DNA from: Eledone cirrhosa
Lineage: Eukaryota
Length of the DNA: 64,000 nucleotides
Direction of reading: 5' to 3'
Assembly: GCA_964016885.1 (NCBI GenBank)
Contig: OZ024743.1
Span: forward strand, 302,808,001-302,872,000
The translations under genes and the position numbers were made by a program. Shown one piece after another: positions 12,500 to 24,496 of this stretch (its first letter is position 1; each line of letters begins with the position of its first letter). The notes under the pieces were generated by a model. That model did no database searches, was not told where the DNA came from, and saw nothing but the letters and a program-made list of their open reading frames with translations.

Positions 12500-12730
12500 C
12501 TATATGCCTGGCGTCCATTCGGCGCGGCACGTCGCGCTGTTTTAGCCATAAGATAACGCCTTCCCACTTGGCTGGGAGGGCAGGCCGTTATTCATTTCTA
12601 CAGCTGAGTAAACTGGAGCAACGTGAAATAAAGTGGCTTGCTCAAGGAAGCAACACATAACCCGGTCCGAGAATTGAACTCACAACCTTTCGACTGCAAG
12701 CCCAATGCTTTAACCACTAAGCCATGCGCC
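12500..12730 (-). mobile_element. tRNA-derived SINE
   Basis: Minus-strand head ggcgcaTGGCTTAGTGGttaaagc...gaGTTCAATTCtc gives Pol III A and B boxes, followed by the ccttgagcaagccacttt...ctccagtttactcagctg body. The 3' boundary is approximate. Confidence 0.8.
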
Positions 12731-12746
12731 TTTATATATATATATA

Positions 12747-12798
<52 letters not shown>

Positions 12799-12815
12799 AT
12801 ATATATATATATATA

Positions 12816-12868
<53 letters not shown>

Positions 12869-12913
12869 TATATATATATAAATACATATGTATATATATA
12901 CATATATATATTT

Positions 12914-12980
<67 letters not shown>

Positions 12981-13545
12981 TTAGTAAGTAAGTTAATTTT
13001 ATAATTTTCTTATCTTACGTCTCTTATATTATTGTTCTGCAACCCCATGCATTGAACCACAATGTTATTAAGACAAAACCTATATATTTGCTAGCATCGA
13101 TATGCATTTGTATGTATATATATGTTACTAGATATAAACTCTTTATTATTATCTCCAAAATATTTGTCGAGCAATACTGGCCATGACTGCTGCTACGGTA
13201 GTAGGCTGGCCGCTGTCTTATTAACAACCCACTTTCCACCGATTGACCTCGACGTCACGTGTTCGATTCTTTTTTGAATTTGCCACAGACACAGAGGCAG
13301 TGATGTTCTCAATGGCTAGGAAGTAAGTCCACGCTTTGCTATTTCCTATTCACAGATTTATTTTTCAATAAGCTTCCAGTGTCCTCGTTTTGCCTGGAAA
13401 CTTATATGAGATTTGACTTTCCTGATGACGGGATTTTTCTCTACACCTTCTTCGGAAGATGTATCTACTCCATTCCAGAAACTAATTAGTTGGAAGTGAT
13501 ATTTTAGTAAGTAAGTTAATTTTATAATTTTCTTATCTTACGTCT

Positions 13546-13550
<5 letters not shown>
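12981..13550 (+). mobile_element. Small non-coding hammerhead-bearing element with a ~47-bp terminal direct repeat, inserted in (TA)n
   Basis: ttagtaagtaagttaattttataattttcttatcttacgtctcttatat occurs at 12981 and 13504. (TA)n on both sides; hammerhead at 13416-13497. Confidence 0.75.
13416..13497 (+). ncRNA. Type I hammerhead ribozyme, intact core
   Basis: Stem I actttc/ggaagt; CTGATGA 13422-13428; ~49-nt stem II region (gggat...attcc, inner cttc-ttcg-gaag); GAAAC 13478-13482; palindromic ACTAATTAGT; GTT triplet 13489-13491. Confidence 0.78.
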
Positions 13551-13620
<70 letters not shown>

Positions 13621-13622
<2 letters not shown>

Positions 13623-14327
13623 TAAAACATGTCTATAGAATCACAAGATAAAATATATACTATTTCCTCTCCCAATTAGCATAATTATCTATATAAAAAA
13701 TCGAATGAGGCTTCTATGAAGGAATCTCCGACAAATACCGAAAATAGCGCTTCGCGTCGGCCGTAACGGAATATTTATCGAATATTTCGACAGCGTAATC
13801 GCCTAGATATAGTCAACTAAACAGAATTAGGTTTAAAATAAATTAGGAGAAAATAGAATACATTTAAATACCTCTACCATGGTTTCGTCAGTGTTTTGAG
13901 TTTTCCAATAATTAAGTAATAATTATATAAACTCTAGCGCCGCATTCTTCAGGAAGCTCACTCATATCTAGACATTAAATTTTCCAAAGCGATCATGCCA
14001 AGAATTCATTTCAAAATGGCTAAAAATCGTGACGTAGTCGCGGTCAAGTTGGAAAGGGTGTGGTAGTTGCTTACGACTGGTGGCATTTTTGCTAGAAAGC
14101 ACAGCACAGTACAGCCAAATTTGTATCTCAACCTAGTCGGAGATTATTACATATAAAAGTTTACATATATGTATACATACACATACATATACGTGTTTTG
14201 CAACTGGTCACTTTGTGGCTCAATGAAACATTAATAAATTAAACAATCAGAGCTATATATCATAAAACATGTCTATAGAATCACAAGATAAAATATATAC
14301 TATTTTCTCTCCCAATTAGCATAATTA
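13621..14327 (-). mobile_element. Small non-coding hammerhead-bearing element with a ~67-bp terminal direct repeat, inserted in (TA)n
   Basis: cataaaacatgtctatagaatcacaag...cccaattagcataatta occurs at 13621 and 14261. TA runs on both flanks; hammerhead at 13870-13957. Confidence 0.72.
13870..13957 (-). ncRNA. Type I hammerhead ribozyme with enlarged stem II
   Basis: Minus strand reads gcttc-CTGAAGA-[..gagttt...aaactc..]-GAAAC-CATG-GTA-gaggt, with palindromic stem III ACCATGGT. Stem I is short and has G-U pairs. Confidence 0.68.
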
Positions 14328-15809
14328 ACTATATATATATATATATATACATCTCCGAAAACGACTATGTATCGACATATTCTCCTAAAACCAAATGGGT
14401 TGCGAATTTACTGCTATTTCTAGCACACAATTACAGTCTGTTCGTCTGTTATGGTATCTATATATAGATAGTGATATACTATTCAACCTCGCACATCCCA
14501 AAGTCTAAATAACTAAAGCTTTTTAAGGTTTGTTCAAGTGTTATTGACATGCATGTTATATGTCTCTTTCGCCAACGATTCCATTTGCCGTCAACGAAGC
14601 TGCAGAAAGATTAGGACCACTTGGAATTACAGATAAGCACATTTCAGCCGTTTAAATTTGTAGAAAATCACCCGCTATGTATCATAAAGAATTTTTTTTC
14701 CTATTGTTTTCCATGTTTTCAATTAGTTTAACCTCCTCCCTACCAAAAAGCAAATAAAAAAACGAGGGCGTCGAGTGTGGATCCTATAGAGAATGTGTGC
14801 AAATGCTTCAACGATGGTTCCAATACTGCCTTGTTTACAAAAATGGAATATATTCTATGAAATGTCCGAATTCCAACACGGCCAATATATCAACAGTAGA
14901 GAGTGGGGGATATGTTGACCCTCTGACATTCCCAGCTTCATATATTTCTTCTGGGGTAATGTTATATTTTCTAGGTTTCTTCCTTTGATGTGCCAGATCT
15001 GATATCTGACTCTCTCGCCGAAGACTTCTTTTTCCGTAAACAGATGCGGGGAGAAAGTAGAACCGTCGGAGTTATAGATAAGCACATCTCGGCCGTTTAA
15101 ATTCATACACGTGATCGGAATCACTAAGTAACATTTTCCTCGGAGATTTCATGTGTTTTCATGTTAATTTGACCTCCGATATGCTCGCAATCGCTTTTTT
15201 TCTGATGGGAGATCTCATATTTTCCCAGCTCTGGAGATTTATTAAATAAAAATAACGGAGAAGGAAAGCATGTGGACATCAGAGTTACAGATAAAAAAAG
15301 AACACTATTAAAAAGAACAGAAAAAGAGAATGGAAAGTAAAAAAAAGAAGAAACATCAAGTAACGAAAGAGAGGGAAATGACGATGCCATGTTACCCTGA
15401 TTGAGCAGTACCTCTGGGTATATCAGTTGATTTTTCAATTATAAATATATTTATCATAGATTATATATATTACTTTGTAGGGTGTACACATTCCAGCTAT
15501 GATTCACCGAAATAAACCAACATATATATATATATGAATTAACATGGAGATATGAAATATACAGAAGCGAAAACCAACTAAACAGTGAGTGTATTCTGTT
15601 ATTATTTCTGGCAATATTATTACAATATGACCTTCCGCATGTATATATATATATATGGGGTGGGATGTTGGAGGTAAATATGTGTATATATATATATATT
15701 TGCACGGGATTTGCCTATTACAAACAAATGGCTCCAATGTATGTTGTTTGAGAAACATGTACAAAAACGCAATTACCTCTGATATGAATAACAAATAATT
15801 GTTTCTATT

Positions 15810-15943
15810 TCAGGCACAAGGCCACTGGTACTTTATTTTATCGACCCCGTAATGATGAAAGGAAAAGTGAACCTCGGCGGGATTTGAACTCAGATCGTAA
15901 AGCATGGCGTCCGACCCTCTACCGATACTGCCAATCCACCGCC
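15810..15943 (-). mobile_element. tRNA-derived SINE (second family)
   Basis: Minus strand ggcggtggaTTGGCAGTATCGG...gaGTTCAAATCCcgccgagg...ggggtcgataaaataaagtaccagt...ggccttgtgcc. Fragments of the same body occur at ~37243-37320 and ~51465-51500. Confidence 0.75.
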
Positions 15944-16472
15944 CTATGAATAACAATGAATAACAAATGAATAACAAATAACGAAAGCTCTCAATAGTCA
16001 ACACTATGAGGTTGTTTAAATAACAAATTAAAACTTTCTTAAGTTTTCCCATCAACAAAAAATGATCATATAAGAATAATAGCAAAACTTTACAAAATAG
16101 ATTTCGTGTTTTAGACTATAAGTGTAAAGTAAGGTATCGTTCTGTAAACCTTGCATTATTTACACAACATTTAACATTGCAAACATACTCCGCATAGGGA
16201 TAGGTTATTGATAAAATCCAAATCGGATCATACACACCCCTTCCATTCAAACGAATATAAATCACATATTATTTCACATATGCGTTCATATCGGTACCAC
16301 ATACGCGGTAGAGGCGCAATTGCGTTAATAAGTTCGTGGAATGAAAGTAAAATTATTTTCTGTTATGAAAGGAACTACTTTATAACAAAACGGAATGTAT
16401 TTGCTTTCATTAATTTTTGAAAATAAAATATTTTAGTAATTGTTAGATCTTTCGTTTCCTGTAATCTTTCAT

Positions 16473-16630
<158 letters not shown>

Positions 16631-16633
16631 ATA

Positions 16634-17871
16634 ATATGTCAGGTCACTAGTTGGTGCTACTGGTAACATGTATCCCAGTACAACCTGTCTCATGGTCGGG
16701 TCGTTGGCGACTAAACTGGCAACCCCACCAAGGTTTCTTGGTGAGGAGGGTGACTTTGGACATCCTGCAGGACTAAAAACAAAACCTGTCAAAGGGCAAA
16801 GGAGCTCTTAAGAGTCAATGGCCATCCAAAATCACCGGGAGAGATGACCCCTTAGCCTTTGTCAAGGCAGAATTCTAGGAGAAGGAAAACTCTGATATAA
16901 CACCTGCAACTCTGATGGTATCCAATGATGTTGACTTGTTCTTCTTTTTGGTAAATATCATCTTGGTTAAGAGAGTGGGACTGGCTTTGTGCAGTGCCTT
17001 TGCTCACTATAAAAGCTTCACGGCACAGGCATTGCTTTATATCTGGAGATCTCTCTGCACTTGTCGTCACATGGTACCATGGGCCCAGCACTATGTGTCA
17101 ATAATTGTCACAAGTGTAGTGTTTGTACCAGAGTTTTCAAGTCGCTGGCTGGACTAAAAAGTCACACTCGTTCAGCGCATTGGTAGGGGTTCTCCTACAT
17201 GGATATAAAGTAGTGGCCGTACTCGAAAACGAGTTGGCAGCCACCATATAATATGTATGTATATGTCAGGTCACAGTTGGTGCTACTGGTAACATGTATC
17301 CCAGTCAAATCTGTCTCATGGTCGGGTCGTTGGCAACTAAACTGGCAACCCCACCAAGGTTTCTTGGTGAGGAGGGTGACTTTGGACATCCTGCAGGACT
17401 AAAAACAAAACATGTCAAAGGGCAAAGGAGCTTTTAAGAGTCAATGGCCACCCACAATCACCGGGAGAGATGACCCCTTAGCCTTTGTCAAGGCAGAATT
17501 CTAGGAGAAGGAAAACTCTGATATAACACCTGCAACCCTGATGGTATCCAATGATGTTGACTTGTTCTTCTTTTTAGTAAATATCATCTTGGTTAAGAGA
17601 GTGTGACTGGCTTTGTGCAGTGCCTTTGCATACTATAAAAGCTTCACGGCACATATTGCTTTATATCTGGAGATCTCTCTGCACTTGTCCTCATATGGTA
17701 CCATGGGCCCAGCACTATGTGTCAATGATTGTCACAAGTGTAGTGTTTGTACCAGAGTTTTCAAGTCGCTGGCTGGAGTAAAAAAGTCACACTCGTTCAG
17801 CGTATCGGTAGGGATTCTCCTACATGGATATAAAGTAGTGGCCGTACTCGAAAACGAGTTGGCAGCCACCA
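16634..17871 (+). mobile_element. Two tandem ~617-bp RTE-derived non-autonomous elements
   Basis: Units start atatgtcaggtcac at ~16634 and ~17261 and end gagttggcagccacc. They contain ctaggagaaggaaaactctg, which I recognise as RTE/BovB 5'-UTR-like. No RT ORF. Confidence 0.65.
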
Positions 17872-17936
17872 TATATATATATATGTATGTATGTATGTAT
17901 ATATATATATATACACATATTATATATATACATATG

Positions 17937-18008
<72 letters not shown>

Positions 18009-18239
18009 CCACAGACCCTCCATCTCAACTCTACTTTTGAAAAGCAGAAGAACTGCGAAACCGGTAGAGGAACCATATAAATATATATATTTTAATATAA
18101 AATAAGACTCCAGTTGCATTTTCGATTTCATCTTTTTTCTTTATACTTTCACTCGTGTAGGACACCTCGGTTATTTTTCATTTTGTAAAAAAAAACTCAC
18201 TTTATTATATATATATATACATATTATATATATACATAC

Positions 18240-18356
<117 letters not shown>

Positions 18357-19728
18357 ATATATTTATATATACAGTGAGAGACAGAGAGAGAAAGGAGAGA
18401 GATGGGGAGGGATTAATTAAATATAATATTACGATGTATAAAAGATAACTTACTGAAGGTATTATAAACGGAGGTTAGATTTTTATGAGACCCGTAAATC
18501 TATTTGTGTTAAATCATTGGAAATTATATCTTAAGTATTTCCCCAATGAGTTTTATTCGTAAGATATAAATCTGCATTTAACAAAAATTTCTAAGCAATA
18601 ATTGTCACTGATATATCCATGTAAACCAACAACAGACATAAAATGGTATCGTTAAAGTTATTTAAGTTAAATTATTCTATGGCACCAGATAAGTGACGTT
18701 TATTTACATACATTGTATATTTATTTATTTTAGTATTATTTCTTTCATTCTTGTTTTTTTTATCACTATTCTATGCCTCGTTTCATTCACATTTGTAGCT
18801 CATAGTATTGGCATCACTCACATAATAGCTGATTTATTTTGTAACTATTCGTATTCAATATATAATTATAGAGTCAAGCTAAACTAAATTAGCTGTCGCC
18901 TAACATATGAGGCATGCTATTTTCTTCATATGAATATACTATTGTCTCATTATAGGAACATGACCAAAGAGGATGAAGTCACAACATGAATAGTTTAACA
19001 AGATTAAATATATTCCATAACCTATTAATATTTATGAAGAAACACGATATTTGTTATTCTATTTCCACTGATCCAGATGTACATTTATGCCAGCTGTATA
19101 TTCGCCGTTTTGGGCGGTTCGCAATATCACACTTGGCAACTGCACACACAGGAATCTCAAACGCGGAAATAGCGGTACAACAGCCGTAAAACAGCAGGCT
19201 CCGATTGTTCATAGCAAAATAAAACAGGTTAAAATGTAATCTCATATTGAGCAAAAGAACCGACAGAAAAGAAGTTAGAGAATGAAATGAAATCTAAAAC
19301 ATGAGATGAGAACCTTTGAGAAATATGGAACAAAACGTATCTTTTTTGGAGAAATACGAAAAAGAAAAATCAGTGGGGAAAGAATGAAGAATTTAAACCA
19401 AAGAAAAGTAAAAACAACTATAGCCTCTTAAAGACCTCATCAGCTTCCTTCTAACTTAACATGGTGTCGCGCAGTAAAAAATAATAAGAAACTATCATAT
19501 ATTTATGGTTAGCCGGCGCAACAAAATTAGATTTCTGTTGGTCTGACGCTGGTATAAAGCGAAACAAATCACGAAGATAGAGCAGTGGAAACACGTTTGA
19601 ATCGCACCATATTCGCCCGAAAATAAGGCTGACTTATATTGTGACGGAAACAGTAGCAGCAGCACGAAAGAAAACAACAGATGCTGCAACAGTAGCGGTG
19701 ATAGCTGCGAGGACCGATATATATATAT

Positions 19729-20432
19729 TTGTTTACTTGTCTCACTCGCTTTACGCGTTTTAATTGTCCTAATAACTTAATTTAGTTATTATTGCACCGA
19801 CGTGAGGTATATGATATTTAATGCAATGAAATATCTATGATCGTCGGCAAATCACTGATGACGGACTCATTTTATAACATGTTATCCACGTGCAACCTGC
19901 AGTATTATTCTCCCCATTTTTTCACATATATTTACCTAAACTGCGATTCTGTTTTTCTCTCTCTCTCTTACTGCTCCCACGTTCTCTCTGTTTCTCCTAC
20001 TTTCTTTCGCCCCGTCTGTCATGTCAGTTAACTCTTCCTCACACTTTCACTCACTCACTCACTGTTTCTCCCCTTCTCACTTCACCCCGTTCGCGACGAA
20101 TACATTTTCTTTCTTTCTCACATTTGGATTCATCTCGAAAGGTCTTTTTTCTAAGCGCTCATATATTCACCTAGCTTATGCTAACAGAATAACTATGTAG
20201 CTTGTTCCCTTCCTCCCTACGGTTAGCTTTCCTCTTTGTTGTTTACTTGTCTCACTCGCTTTACGCGTTTTAATTGTCCTAATAACTTAATTTAGTTATT
20301 ATTGCGCCGACGTGAGGTATATGATTTTTAATGCAATGAAATATCTATGATCGTCGGCAAATCACTGATGACGGACTCATTTTATAACATGTTATCCATG
20401 TGCAACCTGCAGTATTCTTCTCCCCATTTTTT

Positions 20433-20436
<4 letters not shown>
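19729..20436. repeat. ~510-bp unit plus ~200-bp terminal direct repeat, flanked by (TA)n
   Basis: ttgtttacttgtctcactcgc...ccccattttttcaca occurs at 19729-19925 and 20239-20436. Confidence 0.9.
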
Positions 20437-20479
<43 letters not shown>

Positions 20480-20862
20480 GTCCCAAGGCTCTGATACCAT
20501 CAACACCATAAACAGTTAGCTGGCCTATCTAAGAACTGACTAACTGCGTGATGAGTTCATAGCCATTCAATGGCTATCATCAAAATATATATAGCAGTAA
20601 ATAAAGGATTATGAGTTCATACAATTGATTTATGTTTCGTCAATAATATATATATATATGTGAGAAAAACCACAGACCCTCCATTTCAACTCACCTTTTG
20701 AAAAGCAGAAGAACTGCGAAACGGGTAAAGGAACCAAATAAATATATATATTTTAAAAAAAAATAAGACTTCAGTTGCATTTTCGATTTCATCTCTTTTT
20801 CTTTATACTTTCACTCGTGTAGGACACCTCGGTTATTTTTCATTTTGTAAAAAAAACCTCAG

Positions 20863-21135
<273 letters not shown>

Positions 21136-21750
21136 TTACTTCAAAATATTAATAAATATAGACATTCATGTGTTCAAATATATTTTATTATACATATTTC
21201 AGTGGTACTGAGCTATTTCAACAGTACGTCCTCATCACATAAAATAAGTTGGTGTCTGACATACCTTGACTATGTTAATGGTTATAATTCAGTCATGTCA
21301 GTGATTAGTTATGTCAAAACACATTATGGATATACCTTAAGTTCAAAAATTACATATAATTACATATAAGTACATGAACAATTACATATAATACAGAGGG
21401 TGCGTATGAGAATGTGTATAAACATATATAAATAACTAATAATATATAATACATAAACTTATATAACTGTTAACAATTTATATAATAATAATATAGGCAT
21501 ACCCCATCATTACAGATAGTGGAAGTGATTTGCTATCTCGATCTCTTACTCCCACTATCTGCAATAATGAGGAATGCATATATTATTATAAGTATGTACA
21601 GGTACATACATATATGAATACAGACGTATATGTATGTACGTGTATATACTGATATTTAAGTAGCAGCCGTACTAAGAGCGGGAAATTAAATTTCGTTTCA
21701 TTTTTTCCGTTTATCGTTTTCGGTACACCCGGCCGATTAACCCACTCGAT

Positions 21751-21758
21751 ATGCAAAT
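21751..21758 (+). promoter_or_regulatory. Octamer motif ATGCAAAT, repeated in array units
   Basis: Exact octamer ~50 bp upstream of the ribozyme stem in six units; unit 4 has ATGCAACT. Function is inferred only. Confidence 0.4.
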
Positions 21759-21799
21759 TGGGCTACTCAGCAGTTAATATGCATTAGGTAAGTATATAC

Positions 21800-21886
21800 G
21801 TTCAACAATCTGGCAGGAAGGTATACGTTGCTGACGATAGCTAATAAGCTTTAAACTAGTACAGCGTTCCTTTGTCAGTGTTGAAC
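21800..21886 (+). ncRNA. Type I hammerhead, unit 1 (G12 mutated: TAAA)
   Basis: acgttg-CTGACGA-tagct-aata-agctt-tAAAC-TA-GTA-cagcgt. Confidence 0.75.
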
Positions 21887-22221
21887 AAACGAGCAACGAT
21901 GGTTGCTCGACACTACAGCTTAATACGGGATGTTTGTTTACAAACACACCGAGCATTATAATAAATGTTCGATGAATCCATACGTACATATATATATATG
22001 TGTGCGTGTATGTATATATATATACATACTACTGTACGTCTGTATACATATATGAATGTACGTGTACATACGTATATTTAAGTAACAGCCGTACTAAGAG
22101 TGGGAAATGAAATTTCGTTTCATTTTATCCGTTTATCGTTTTCGGTGCACCCGGCCGATTAACCCAATCTATATGCAAATTGGGCTACTCAGACGTTAAT
22201 ATGCAGAAGGTAAGTATATAC

Positions 22222-22308
22222 GTTCAACAATCTGGCAGGAAGGTATACGTTGCTGGCGATAGCTAATAAGCTTGAAACTAGTACAGCGTTCCTTTGTCAG
22301 TGTTGAAC
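22222..22308 (+). ncRNA. Type I hammerhead, unit 2 (core CTGGCGA, A6 mutated)
   Basis: Same fold; core variant at 22253-22259. Confidence 0.75.
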
Positions 22309-22645
22309 AAACGAGCAACGATGGTTGCTGGAGAGTACGGCTTAATACGGGATGTTTGTTTACAAACACACCGATCATTATAATAAATATTCGGTGAATC
22401 CATACGTAAATATATATATATATATGTATGGGTGTATGTATATATATATATACTACTGTACGTCTGTATACATATATGTATGTACGTGAATATACTTATA
22501 TTTAATTAACAGCCTTACTAAGTGTGGGAAATGAAATTTCGTTTCATATTTTCCGTTTATCGTTTTCGGTACACCCGGCCGATTAACCCACTCGATATGC
22601 AAATTGGGCTACTCAGCAGTTAATATGCATAAGGTAAGTATATAC

Positions 22646-22732
22646 GTTCAACGATCTGGCAGGAATGTATACGTTGCTGACGATAGCTAATGAGCTTGAA
22701 ACTAGTACAGCGTTCCTTTGTCAGTGTTGAAC
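22646..22732 (+). ncRNA. Type I hammerhead, unit 3 (intact core)
   Basis: CTGACGA 22677-22683, tagct-aatg-agctt, GAAAC-TA-GTA, stem I acgttg/cagcgt extended by ctggca/tgtcag and gttcaacg/tgttgaac. Confidence 0.88.
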
Positions 22733-23070
22733 AAACGAGCAACGATGGTTGATGGACACTACGGTTTAATACGGAATGTTTGTTTACAAACACACCGAGC
22801 ATTATAATAAATGTTCGATGAATCCATACGTACATATATATATATATATATGTGCGTGTATGCATATATATATACATACTATTGTACGTCTGTATACATA
22901 TATGTATGTACGTGTAGATACTTATATTTAAGTAACAGCTGCGTTAAGAGTGGGAAATGAAATTTCGTTTCATTTTTTCCGTTTATCGATTTCGATGCAC
23001 CCAGACGATTAACACACTCGATATGCAACTTGGCTACTCAACAGTTAATATGCATAAGGTAAGTATATAC

Positions 23071-23157
23071 GTTCAACAATCTGGCAGGAAGGTATACGTT
23101 GATGACGATAGCTAATAAGCTTGAAACTAGTACAGCGTTCCTTTGTCAGTGTTGAAC
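23071..23157 (+). ncRNA. Type I hammerhead, unit 4 (C3 mutated: ATGACGA)
   Basis: Same fold; core variant at 23102-23108. Confidence 0.75.
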
Positions 23158-23490
23158 AAACGAGCAACGATGGTTGCTGGACACTACAGCTTATTACGGG
23201 ATGTTTGTTTACAAACACACAGAGCATTATAATAAATGTTCGATGAATCCTTACATACATATATATATGTGTGCGTGTATGTATATATATATACATACTA
23301 CTGTACGTCTGTATACATATATGAATGTACGTGTACATACGTATATTTAAGTAACAGCCGTATTAAGAGTGGAAAATGAAATTTCGTTTCATTTATTCCG
23401 CTTATCGTTTTCGGTGCACCCTGCTGATTAACCCAGTATATATGCAAATTGGGCTACTCAGCCGTTACTATGCATTAGGTAAGTATATAC

Positions 23491-23577
23491 GTTCAACAAG
23501 CTAGCAGGAAGGTATACATTGCTGACGATAGCTAATAAGCTTGAAAGTAGTACAGCGTTCCTTTGACAGCGTTGAAC
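23491..23577 (+). ncRNA. Type I hammerhead, unit 5 (stem III mutated: GAAAGTAGTA)
   Basis: CTGACGA 23522-23528 is intact; stems I and III carry mismatches. Confidence 0.7.
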
Positions 23578-23673
23578 AAACGGGCAACGATGGTTGCTGG
23601 ACACTACGTCTTAATACGGGATGTTTGTTTACAAATACACCGAGCATTATAATAAATGTTGTATGAATCAATA

Positions 23674-23769
<96 letters not shown>

Positions 23770-23986
23770 CGTGTATGTATATGTATATACATACTACTGT
23801 ACGTCTGTATACATAAATGTATGTACGTGTACATACTTATATTTAAGTAACAGCCGTACTAAGAGTGGGAAATCAAATTTCTTTTCTTTTTTACCGTTTA
23901 TCGTTTTCGGTGCACCCGGCCGATTAACCCACTCGATATGCAAATTGGGCTACTCAGCCGTTAATATGCAGATGGTAAGTATATAC

Positions 23987-24073
23987 GTTCAACAATCTGG
24001 CAGGAAGGTATACGTTGCTGACGATGGCTAATAGGCTTGAAACTAGTACATCCTTCCTTTGTCAGTGTTGAAT
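23987..24073 (+). ncRNA. Type I hammerhead, unit 6 (core intact, stem I weakened)
   Basis: CTGACGA 24018-24024, tggct-aata-ggctt (G-U tolerated changes), GAAACTAGTA, 3' stem I catcct. Confidence 0.72.
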
Positions 24074-24409
24074 AAACGAGCAACGATGGTTACTGGACAG
24101 TACGTCTTAATACGGGATGTTTGTTTACAAACACACCGAGCATTATAATAAATGTTCGGTGAATCCATACGTACATATATATATGTGTTACTGTATGTAT
24201 ATATATATATACATACTACTGTACGTCTGTATACATAAATGTATGTACGTGTACATACTTATATTTAAGTAACACCCGTACTAAGAGTGGGAAATCAAAT
24301 TTTATTTTCTTTTTTTCCGTTTATCGTTTTCGGTGCACCCGGCCGATTAACCCACTCGATATGCAAATTGAGCTACTCAGCAGTTAATATGCATAAGTTA
24401 AGTATATAC

Positions 24410-24496
24410 GTTCAACAATCTGACAGGAAGGTATACGTTGCTGACGATAGCTAATAAGCTTGAAACTAGTACAGCGTTCCTTAGTCAGTGTTGAAC
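24410..24496 (+). ncRNA. Type I hammerhead, unit 7 (intact core)
   Basis: CTGACGA 24441-24447, tagct-aata-agctt, GAAAC-TA-GTA, acgttg/cagcgt, ctgac/gtcag, gttcaaca/tgttgaac. Confidence 0.88.

Noticed and set aside
12660-12730. tRNA gene
   Set aside because: A and B boxes are present, but the cloverleaf is imperfect and runs into a SINE body.
19795-19850. SECIS-like ATGA...AAA...TGA hairpin
   Set aside because: Helix 2 is only ~5 bp, far shorter than a SECIS, and there is no upstream ORF.
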